DNA of 49,186 nucleotides, filler included, from Basidiobolus ranarum (Eukaryota): NCBI GenBank assembly GCA_040143965.1. It is 2 parts of 2 records of this genome, joined end to end, with 100 filler letters (N's around TTAATTAATTAA, not from the genome) between each part and the next. Parts side by side here need not be neighbours in the genome. Positions count along the whole stretch, not along the records: positions 24,677 to 49,186 come from JASJQH010007026.1; 1 more part is not named here. One strand, 5' to 3'. Shown piece by piece: positions 38,499 to 49,186 of this stretch (position 1 is its first letter; each line of letters starts with the position of its first letter). The notes under the pieces were generated by a model. It saw only the letters and a program-made list of their open reading frames with translations, ran no database searches and was not told where the DNA came from. The position numbers and the translations under genes were made by a program.

Positions 38499-41319
38499 TC
38501 ACCGGAATTCCCAAGGTTCTAATTCTCCAGTATCTTTGTTCATAACCACTATAGCACTTACACATTTTTCTCTTCTACGTAGAGATTTCGCTTTCTCTTG
38601 GTCAACACTACAAATCTCCTTTGGAAGTTGTGGCGGCAGCCCTGCCGCTGGTGTGGATACTGTAGACAAGGGTCCTTGGGGTGTTGGGGACGAGGTCACT
38701 GAAGTTGCCATTGAATTTCTTTTGGCTTTCCTACCTCTCGGGAAATACCCAGTAAGCTTTGAGGTGAAGGAGCTTTGTTCCAGGTTAACTGCTGTCTCTT
38801 CTTTAGTCTCGGGTATAGATGGTGATCGTATGAAAAAGTTCGAAGTAGTTGGTGTGGTGGGTGAAGAATTAATGGAGCCTGGTAGCTTCCAGCTCCAACC
38901 ATCTAAGCTTCTTCGGGTGGAAGATTGACGTTCCAGTTTCTTTGTGACTCCCGCAATGAATTGATCTGTGGGTTGGGTGGGCGTTGTATTTTCATTCGAA
39001 ATCTCAGAGGGTTTATCAAGTGCTTGATGGACATTGGATCCCAACATCAATCTTCTTAGCCCACCCAGTTGTTTGTTTAATTTTTCTTTCTCAGACTCTG
39101 CTTCAGCAAGGGCAAGTTTGGCTGCTACAAGCTCTTGTTCTAAACGGGAGATTGATTCATCTTTATTAGTGATTTCCTCGCGATATCTCTCCTCTTGAAG
39201 CTCCATATCACATATATGTCCTCGTAGTTCATCATTCTCCTCTTCAATACAAATCTTTGACGCTTTGATTGAAATCAACTCTGAAGTAAGGTGCGTGTTG
39301 TCTTCACGTAGCTGACCGAGTGCGGTAATATATGTCTCGGTAGTTACCTTCAGATTATGCAACTCCAGTCTCATACTTTCAGTTTCTGAAGTAGGATCCG
39401 AAGCTACAGGGGCTGATGAGGTATTTGGACTTCCAGGGCTATTGGTAGGGCTTTGCAGTGTGCCAGGTTGTGAATTAGCACTCAGTCCTTTTACCATCCA
39501 TCCCCAGCCTTTTTTCTTTTGTTTTTTGTCAGATTTGCATTCGGTATTATTTTCGGATGTGTATTTCTGCGCTAAAGAGTCTAATTTTTCTTTGGTTATA
39601 GTTTGACTTAAAGACATCGCATCCTTAATTAATTCAGTAGGGTTGGCGAAAGTATCAAATAAATGCGAGCTCAGGAATCCAATGATATCTTCAAATTCTT
39701 CCATTGCTAATAATTTTTCTTGATTACACTTCAATAAAGCTAAAGAAACCCGCATAATTGTCTCTGGAGCACCTTCAGCAAATACTATATCGAATATACG
39801 TAACACTAATGGCAAGGGGTAGCTATAGGCAAACAGAGTTAAAAACCATTGTGAAGCAAACATTCCCGTATTAATTCCATGTTCTTGAAAGTGACGGAAA
39901 AGATCGGGTAGTATCGACGATAATAGAGAGTTTAATTGGTAAAGACGAAGCTCTAAACCTTCCATCTTTTCGGTAAACATCGATCTCATATCATAATCTT
40001 CCATTAGTCTATTCATACAAAATCCAAGACTTGTGAGTTAAAGAAAATCATCATACTCTCCTGAAAGATTTTACATACCTTACGAATACACAAAAGGCCT
40101 CCCGCTCTGGCATGTTCATAAGTAACGGTCCTACGAGAAATCCTAACCCTTGACAGTATCCAACACCATCGTCGTATATCGAATATGCCCTCATAACATT
40201 AAACAGTCTGGTTTGACCTATTCCATTTTCATCCTTAAACATTTCTAATCTTGGAAATGTTCTTGGAAGATCCCTCATTATGATCCTCTCATATGGACTA
40301 GATTCTAGTAGCAATTGATTATACATAGTCTCAAGGTATGTCGAGCGCCCTTGACACATCGTTTGCCACAATATACCACGGAGTCTTCCCGGGATTCCAG
40401 CTCTTATTTTGGCCGTCAAAAGATATGGAGTCTTGGATGCATTAATGGAATAATCCTCTACTAAAGAAGTCCAAAATTCCCAATCGGCTATCACGCCGGA
40501 TTGTTCGCTTGATGAAGTAACCTCATCGCCCGAGCTCTTGTCGCCATCGATGATATTATCAGGATCTATATCACTAGATTCAGTTAAAGAGGGAGTAGCT
40601 GGGATTTTTTCGCTTTCTATAGATTCAGTATCAGTACTAGCAAGATCTTCGTCTAAACCCAATATACTTTCAGAAGTAGGAGTGGTAGTTGGTAGAGTAA
40701 GTGACTCTAAAACGGCGAGTGTGGCCTTGACACTGTTCCTGTGCATACACACAGACTTTGGATCATTGCTAAATTGATCATTGAGCTTTTCAAGCCTAGC
40801 GATTAAGAATTCGGTGGTATCAATGTCTGAATGCTGTATTTCTGTATCTCGGAGTTCAAACTTCTTCAACAACCTAGAGCTCATCTCAGGTGTACTAGGT
40901 CTACCTCTGGGTGAAGGGCTCCTACGCCAGTTTTTGTCGATTCTTTGAAACGCACGGTCCACTGGAGTAGGACAACGAGGTTGGTTTTGCACTTTCCCGA
41001 GTTTTCCTGCAGTGGTGCTTGGAGTTTCTTTGTGTTTCTCTATTCTTGTCAGTTCATTCTTGAGAAAATCGCTTGAAGGTAGCATGGACTTAATTATGAT
41101 GCCAATTTCGTCCTCGCAATCTCCAGTTGTTGGTTCTTTCCAACGGCCAGACCTTGTCGGAGAACTCTGCTGTTTGGAATGAAGTCGAGTGGACAACATT
41201 CCCATCCCAGAAAGAAGCTCCTCCTCGTCAGTTAAATACATATTTGTATACAGATCAGGCTCTGACTCACTTTCGAGCTCGTATTGTATACGTGGTGGGG
41301 TCAGTTTGTCTGGTGACAT
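38499..41319 (-). CDS. TBC-domain Rab GTPase-activating protein (Evi5/Gyp5-like) with C-terminal coiled coil, 2 exons
   Basis: GIPGRLRGILWQ, IMRDLPRTFP (Arg finger), YCQGLGF (Gln finger), FASQWFLTLF, LRIFD; intron 40009-40078. Confidence 0.93.
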
Positions 41320-42918
41320 TTGCCCGTTTCAGTTTTCACAAGAATAGTTAATAGATTGACAAAAGAAAAGTCGCTCGTAAAAATTAGAGAAGAGTGAGCA
41401 AGAAGGGGTAAAATCTTTTGAAGTATAATAAGGAAGAACAGGCTATCGATATCTAATAGCATCTGCAACGAGCATGCGGGTTTCAAAACAAGTTTACACT
41501 TTTGCCTCAAGTACTGTACATCCCGGTGGTACATAGTTGGGATCCTGATAATAGTTATTTAATAAGGAATAATAACCTAAAAAAAGAATGCTCATAATTT
41601 TGCGAATCGGATCTGCTAGTAACACATTACAGTGAATTCAGGGTATACCAGAATGTACAATTTAATCTCTCTCTAGACTCTTATTTGTGAACGCAAGCAA
41701 ACCTAAAATGGGTACCTACTATTCTAGTCATGAATCATAATTAAACTTCCCATTATTTTTGCGTAGCATTCAATCTAACCAAAACCATTGGTATTCGTAT
41801 ATTAATATTCAATTGATCTTATATATCAGCATCGTCCCGATTCCTCACGCTCTACAAATGAGCACTGTGAGGCATGTAGACCAAATGCATCTTGGAATTG
41901 CATTTCAATTGTCAAACAGACACTCTTAAACGAGCAGAACGCACTTCTGAATGGCGAATACAAACCTTTAAGCAAGTAATAAAGGCAGATTCCTTTGTTT
42001 GCACAGAGCATGTTCATTAATGCAATTTATTTATATCTTTGTTGCCTAAACCGGAAATTCCGAAGATTCAGTCACCACACCACACCGTGCTGCACCGCAC
42101 CAGACATGCCATTATTATTCCCAACGATAAGCTAGCAAGTGAATTTGTATCCAGATCTCATGAGCAGAAGCGTAGTAGGACTGCTCCTGGAATGCCAGCT
42201 TCATTCCGCATCAGTGTTCTTGCAGTTAGTAAGAGTACTCTCCCAACTCTGGATAGCCAACAGAAGTCACTCAACTGCACAGTGATGCTTCTCAGTCTTG
42301 CCAATTTGCATACACCGGTAGTTTCAAACGTCGATGAGTCAGCATCAGGGAATCTCTGAAGGAATCACAGGATTTTGTAACTCTCCGCCGGAAATTTCAG
42401 TGATAGGCTCTTAAAAGTACATAGCTTGGCCTCTTCCCCATCCAAGCGAATGCTTCGCCATCAGCCACTAGACATGCAAGTAGAAATACCACCTCCGATT
42501 TCCTATAAAAAGGGATACCATGTCCCATGTCCTTGTCTGGGAAAAGAGCTACTGTACATAGCAATATTTAAGCCAGCAGTCTCACATTAATCAACGATTT
42601 GGAAGTAATTCTCTTTATAACGACATTATTTACTCTGGCCTGATATTACCAATGCTGATGAAATCTCCAGCTGCTAAAATAGGCTAAATCGTGATTCTCG
42701 AATAGTGTGAAAAAAATAGGGGTGAGGGAGTGAGAAAGAAACGGGGTAAGAACCGGGTGAATGAAATTCAACAAAAGTAGAGTAGTTGATGACTGTTGTA
42801 GCTTCCTCTTTCCCTTTTGGAATCTTCACGAAGAAATCCAAATATTTTCTTGTTTGCATCCATCCAACTCGACAAAACACTTAGTCGATTGTGAGAACTT
42901 TACTAAAACACATAGAAG

Positions 42919-43584
42919 ATGACTGTATGTAGTAATTTATTTAAACTTCACTCGGAATGATAGCCATTTCAGTTCGTTCGTGTCATGCTTATCATTGCTG
43001 GGTAATTATGAATGGAATAGGTTGATCGTTCTCGTGTATCAATGACCAACTTTACTGATGTTTTCTTTTTCATGTTCTCTTTATTTCTCCTTTTTGGTGG
43101 AATTTTTTATAGCAAGATTCTTTCAAGCGCATTGTCGAGGTAGGCAGAGTTGTTTTGCTCAACAGTGGTGTTGATGCTGGTAAGCTCGCCGTAATTGTCG
43201 AGATTCTCGATCACAACAGAGTATGTTTGTAGCTATATCTCTATTTTGGTAGAAGACGTTAGTAATTCTTTCTACTTATCACAGGCTATCGTTGATGGTC
43301 CCACCACTGGTGTTGCTCGTCACGCTCACGCTTATCGTCGTCTTACTTTGCCTCCTTTGGTCGTCAAGACCCTTCCCCGTGGCACTGGTTCCGGTGCTCT
43401 CAAGAAGGCTCTTGAAAAGCAAGAAATTGTTGCCCTTTGGGAGAAGACCACCTGGGCTCAAAAGCTTGCTGCCCGCGAAAAGCGTGCTGCTTTGACCGAT
43501 TTCGATCGTTTCAAGCTCATGAAGTTGAGAAAGCAACGTCGTAACATTGTTGGCAAGCAAATCGCTGCTCTCAAGAAGAACTAA
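42919..43584 (+). CDS. RPL14: 60S ribosomal protein eL14, 3 exons
   Basis: ATG ACT|intron 42925-43112|[46 protein letters not shown]...[16 protein letters not shown]; strong codon bias. Confidence 0.96.
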
Positions 43585-44499
43585 ATTCTCCATTCATCTA
43601 CTATTGCTCGACTCATGCTGAGACCCTTATTCCAAACGGTGCATTATTCGACCATGTAGTTGATTAGTTACTTGCAAATAAATTCTAGTATCCTGAAATA
43701 TAGAACCTTACTCTTGTTATATACCGAAGCTCATATTGGGAATGCACTACAGTGTTTGTGTAAATGTGGCCAAGGTTGGCAAGGGCATGTATGTGTAGGA
43801 TATCTTCATTTCGTACTTACATGAGCCTGTATTCAAATCTTGGATGCATCATGTTTTAAATCTGTCGAAATCGACGTCAGAAATAGCTCCGTAGGCTCTA
43901 TACAGGCCTTTTCTCGGCTAGTAAGAATCTAATGGATTTCGTCACCACGTGAATAGTGTTGTGCACTCATGCTTCACTCCTTTCTCAAATAGGGGTGATG
44001 CCAATAGGAGTAACTTCAAGAGATGTAAACATAGTATATTCCGACTGAATAGATATTTAGCGTTTAGGCAAAGCATTCGAATTTCCGATTCAACTGAATC
44101 ACAAATTTGAAGCTTATATGCACACAATCTGAAGATTTTGCATTTTCGATGTAAATATAGTATATTTCACTCCAAGATATACAATGCACAATAGGCCATC
44201 CATGAAAAGTTTGATCAATCTCTTTCTGTGAAGCAAGTATTAGAGTTGGATGTATATTTGAAATAACCTCAGGTATCTCCAACCCTGATTACTCTTCATT
44301 GGTGGTATGCTGGACAAATGCTCAAGCTTGGCTATATGCACTTTACCTGGATTGCTATGGATGACATTCTAGAGCCTTTGCTGCTCGTCCTTTAAAGTTT
44401 GGATGAAATCAGAAGGTAGGAGGCTTTCTGAATATCTGACTTGTTGGCATTGCGCAATATAGAGCTAGATGAACCCTTGATATGCTAATGATGTGAACA

Positions 44500-45050
44500 G
44501 ATATTTGGTGATGCTTATTAAGCCTCAACTTCTTCATGGTATGCCAATGGGTGGATGTTTCTGGAGTAGCTATATTCACAATTGAGATACTTCAATCAAT
44601 CCTTCAAACATCAAGATATCTCGTTGGACGCTTCTTTCATCACGATCCATCTATCCCAGTAGCAACATAGTGCCTTAATGCCTTAGAAACCAGCATGACT
44701 AGTATCATGGCTATTCAGACATATCTGATAGCAACTGATCTATAATTGGACGACATCCACGTCAAGGTGAATGTATTTAATATTACATTGCTCCTCTAGT
44801 AGTTCATGTAACGTGGCATCAGATCAGAGTGGCAATGTTTCAGATCAAGTGAGTATGAATTATCCGGTAAGAATATTTAATTTCAACAGTGTTTAACGGG
44901 GAGAGTGCTTAAACATAGATGGTTTGTCTGACCTTGACTCCTTCCGCAAACAATACAATGCTGGCACGAGCGAAAGAATTCAATAAGCTTTGTTAATGCA
45001 GAGCAAAAATGCCATATGCACGCGAACTTAGTGCTCTCATTAGCAAAGAC
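44500..45050 (-). pseudogene. Possible degenerate Ty3/Gypsy integrase zinc-binding remnant
   Basis: Stop-interrupted fragments EFFRSCQHCIVC...LSTLPV and SHDTSHAG...W...HPL resemble H2C2 integrase motifs; lies in a 2.7-kb gene-free interval. Confidence 0.2.
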
Positions 45051-46290
45051 CTTGCCCTTTAGCCAATGCATTCCAAGTAGAAATTCACCCAACAACTTGC
45101 AGGATTGGAAGATCCAAAGTAGGAGTCAGTTTTAACTGGCTCATGATTAAGGTAGTACCACCCTTGCCTGTTGCTTCCTCCATCTGAATGAGATCCATAT
45201 TTTGCTGTGGTGGTAGAATACGCAGAGAATCTAGGAAACAAGGCTCAGGGCTTCTTTGTGTGCCATCTACTGGGATGTAGCGCCATGGATTCACTTGATT
45301 GCTTAGTGATGCTTGCATATGGAGACAAACTGATTATTTTGATCATGATTCCCCCTGCTATGATGTCAAGTAACTGCAAGTTCATCAACGCTCCCTTGTG
45401 ACAAGGCATTGAAATTGATAATTAATTTTGTCCAACTCGCGATGGGAATGAGTTTATCCTTCATTGATTCCAGACGCATGTCTAGGATAATGCATTCGAT
45501 CCATAAAATGCTCAATAAAACTTGCATATTCTATAAACTGGGAGGAGGGAGAAGTGAATATTTGCTTCATATGTGACTAAAAAAGAACTTGACCATATGA
45601 TGAGTATGCTCTTTATGGTTTTGTTTGAAAGCCGGTCTGATCCTAGCCATGGAGGCTCAGGGTGTGCTCTAGATTCGGCGCTCATGGGAAGCCACAGGGC
45701 GTCGCTTAGGTAATGCCAATCTTCAAGACTTCTGGAGAGACACAATTAGATGATCTCATGCTAGCAGCACTCGTTTCGCTCAAATAACTAGTGTCAAAAC
45801 TGATCACAAAAACGCACCTTCTCAACCCTTGCTGCTCGATGGAAATGTGGCTGAATGAGTCAAGGCAGCTAAGCATAACGGATGTAAATTCGTCATTAAA
45901 TTATACCCGTGAGGCTCCCTGAAATATTATGATCTTGGCACTAGCGTGTTGAATCGATATAAACCAATGGAGAATAAATAGACACCCTGATTTAAGCATC
46001 ATTTATTATTGCTAGTCGGAAGCAACACTCAGGTAACATTGAATACATAATCAAACTTAATTCACTTGTGTGTTACTGGTGATTTAGCTTGAATTGGATT
46101 CTGCTAAGAATCCCGTTACACATCAATGGCCCCAATTCTCAACTGCTTGGCCCTTGCTGTTATAGGTCGATTTATTAGCTCCATACATATCAGGTTGTAT
46201 CACTTCTCATATATAAGCACCTTCATAGCTTTTCAAATTGAAAAAGAAGCTCTAGTAGGGGAAGTACTACGAGAAAGACTAAATTCAAAC

Positions 46291-47358
46291 ATGAATAGAC
46301 TTCGCAAGGCTTTTCTGTCCGCTAGAAAGGGGAGTACAGGAGCTGACGATATACACTCTAAACATCCTTATGGTAATCATTCGCTTGATATTTCTCGTTC
46401 CCAAGCGGAACTTCTTCGTTATGTACCTGAAGTAACTACTCCACCAAAACCTACTCATTCAAATTCAAACCCTGAGACGCTTCTTTATGGCTCTCAAAAA
46501 CCTTTGGCCATTAAAACTGGTACTTCCTATCTATGCCCTCCTGGAATGACAACCCTGTCTCGGTCAGCACCTTCTTCGCCCAGTGAGGGCTCTCTCCAAC
46601 CCATACCTTCACCTTTACCTTCACCTCTACATAGTCCTATGCACCCTTTGCCCTCTCCCCTAGCTCCTCATCCACCTTCTGAACTATCTGCTTCCTCCAC
46701 GGTTTCACCTCATCAGTTCTCACAGTTAGCACAATCTGGCAAACGGCATCCTAACTCCTCTGATTTTGTTGAAGACTATATCCGAAGAGCCATAGACCAT
46801 CATGAAAGAGGAGAACTCGAAAAAGCTACCGAGTTATTCCGTGTAGCCGCAGAGAAGAACTCGCCACTTGGTATGTTTCTTTACGGGGTCTCTTTACGGC
46901 ATGGTTGGGTACTTAACTTTAAGAATTCTTATGTTTGCAACTTCATTCAAATTAACATGGTTATTCTATTTTAGGGCTGCCACTCAAATCAAGTAGTTGC
47001 TTTCCAATTCTTACAGAAAGCTGCCGAGTGTGCTGTATTTGATCTTAGCAATGTAACACCGGACAACCCAATAGTTGCCAAAGGAGAATTAGTATTGGCA
47101 ATATATGAGTTGGGAATCTGTTTCCGTCATGGCTGGGGTGTACTAAAGAACAAAGTTACTGCTGCATACTATTTCGAAATAGCTGCTAATTTGGGAGATC
47201 CAGATGCTCAGGCCGACCTTGCATTTTGTTATGCACACGGTATTGGCGTTAAAAAGGATCGATACAAAGCTGCCAAGTATTACAAAATGGCTCATGCTCA
47301 AGGAAATAGCGTGTTTGGAAATTCTTGGATTTTCAAGGATAAATACAAGCACTGTTAA
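46291..47358 (+). CDS. Sel1-repeat protein, Nif1/Dsf2-like, 2 exons
   Basis: Ser/Pro-rich N-terminus, then AIDHHERGELEKAT...GMFLYGVSLRHGW|GC...AFQFLQKAAE...LAIYELGICFRHGWGV.KNK..A.YYFEIAANLGDPDA...GVKKD..KAAKYY...GNSWIFKDKY; intron 46909-46974. Confidence 0.88.
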
Positions 47359-48906
47359 TCGTTATTCAACGACTCTTTACACATCTTATCTCCATCCACT
47401 CTGGGTGTCTGGAATATACCCAACAATTACTCAACTGTCCTCGTTTTCCACTTTTAATCATTTCTCGTCCTCTCAGTTTCGTCTTTTACCTCCAAAGGTT
47501 ACTTCTCCCTGGGGGAGCAGTTTTCCCACTAGTCCGAAAGATCCGTCTTGAAATCTCGATAATTTAATAGGACTCACCTATTTGTGATAAATTAATCGCT
47601 CGTTTACATGATAACAGAATTTCACAAGGGTGCATGTCCCGATGTTTGCATCGCTAACAAACTTTCTTTACCACCAATATGTGAATCACTTTGATCTTTG
47701 GCATGGCAGTGATTTTTGTTTCGTTTTTGGAGTCATCGTATTTCTAATATTATTACGGTGAAATGTATTGATTCTGTGGTTATATTCTTAAAGTTTATTG
47801 TCTATTGTTACCTTCGTGCGGGACCATTCTTGCCAAGACGAAGCCATTTTTGTACACGAATAAACTGATTCACCTGTATTGTTGATTTCTGCTTCGAAGA
47901 CATATCTATTGTTTCTATGAATTGTAACCACATTTACATTGCGTACCACGTCGTACCAAGTTGCCTAGATCCAAATCAATATGGTGATTAGCGTACAAAG
48001 AGCTTTAATAACTTGCGAGTAATATGACTGATTTAATTATGGTTACATGGAAATGTGCCACGGCTCAAGAAATATATGGGCTCATATTACGAATTCATCA
48101 TTCATCACTAATCCGCGCCCTCATTTGTACTGGAATCACTCCCCAATGTATATCTTCCTGCAGAGTTTAATGAAGGAGATTTGGGAATGACGCGTCTTCC
48201 GCATACGCTAGTGCTGTCACGAGAGCACCTCAAGTTGCATCTAAATTATTACTTTGACTAAACGCGGAACGCAGTTCCGTAAGGGGTAAAGGAGGAGGAG
48301 AGTTAGTGATGCGAGACGGCTACTTGACCAATATAGGCGCTATTGCAAGATCATGAGGGATCAGAATCGCGCTCTTTAAAAGGTTTTGATTAATGGTCAG
48401 TCAGATATTAATAGAATCGGATCGAACGCCAGTTCCCCCAATTAATGAAGGAAAATAGGCACAACTGCCTTTTAATGGATCTAGATAGCTCGATGTTGCT
48501 ATTTATGCAGCCAATGAGGATTGCTAATATCTGTAAGTAGTGATAAATTGCTGATCAACTATCATGTGCTTTGGAATGAAGTGACAAAGAAAATGCAGAA
48601 GCCTGTATTTACTTGGCAATTAATGAGTTTATCTGCAAGAAGTTTTTAACCACCATTATGAGGCTCAGTGTGAGAAGAAATCAGCTTGGGGTGCATCAGG
48701 CTAATCTTAAGATGGTCATGTTTAGCTGGTGACTAGAGTTTTCTCTGATTTTATATCTGTTGTGTTTAAACTGAAGACTAACATGTATTAGCCCCTAACA
48801 AACTCCAAATGCTTTTTGTTGAAATAATCACAGAGATGTTTGAATATGATTCTTTCATATGAATCTATAATTTCAACATCATTGTTGGGCTTGTAACTGT
48901 TTAAAT

Positions 48907-49081
48907 TAGCATTGTCTAAGCACCTATACAGTCATATATAACTTAGTATTTAGTTATCCTATATTTGACTAAGATATCACTCACTATTCTCAATTGGAAT
49001 TTACTTGGAATATTTTCACAAACTTAGTGTTGAAAGTAGCATTGCCTAAGCACCTATATAGTCATATGTAGCTTAGTATTT
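48907..49081 (+). repeat. 45-bp imperfect direct repeat (48907-48951 and 49037-49081)
   Basis: TAGCATTGTCTAAGCACCTATACAGTCATATATAACTTAGTATTT versus TAGCATTGCCTAAGCACCTATATAGTCATATGTAGCTTAGTATTT; four mismatches, all transitions. Confidence 0.9.
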
Positions 49082-49186
49082 GTTAAAGTATTTGGGAGCC
49101 TGTTGGAAGTGGTTTGGAGAATTAGAGGAATTGGTGGTTTTCACTTATTGATTTATTGAGTAGAAAGTTGACATTTATAGTTTTGT
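49081..49186 (+). mobile_element. Partial repeat copy at window end, probable LTR terminus beginning TGTTAAAG
   Basis: Inverted match to 24682-24787; begins with TGT as LTRs typically do; truncated by the sequence end. Confidence 0.65.

Noticed and set aside
38499-41319. TBC protein near PPP1R21 as a possible FERRY Fy-1 (TBCK)
   Set aside because: No pseudokinase or rhodanese domain; the architecture is Evi5/Gyp5-like TBC plus coiled coil.
42039-42500. 106-aa ORF and antisense fragments faintly resembling an F-box/LRR relic
   Set aside because: No recognisable domain and interrupted frames; unsupported without a homology search.

Overview
Gene-dense, intron-rich nuclear DNA from an early-diverging fungus. 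This is inferred from velvet and Kch genes together with PPP1R21 and a group II NDK; a Basidiobolus-like Zoopagomycota source is plausible but unproven. About 17 protein-coding genes were reconstructed by hand-splicing: AAC (partial), TIM17, SUA5, SEM1, PEX6, a group II nucleoside diphosphate kinase, acetyl-CoA synthetase, an AusD-like methyltransferase, HAP2/NF-YA, POP3/RPP38, a Kch-family K+ transporter, a velvet factor, ADO1, PPP1R21 (FERRY Fy-2), a PMP47-type peroxisomal carrier, metacaspase, an Evi5/Gyp5-like TBC RabGAP, RPL14 and a Nif1/Dsf2-like Sel1 protein. Several are absent or fragmented in the ORF track. The window is two contigs joined by an artificial 100-nt spacer (24577-24676). 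The right contig ends at both extremities in the same ~106-bp repeat, in inverted orientation, that looks like an LTR terminus. The most notable signal is in the NDK gene: its stop is the readthrough motif TGA CTA followed by L-S-G-K-L-stop, predicting a cryptic peroxisomal (PTS1-like) isoform of a group II NDK.
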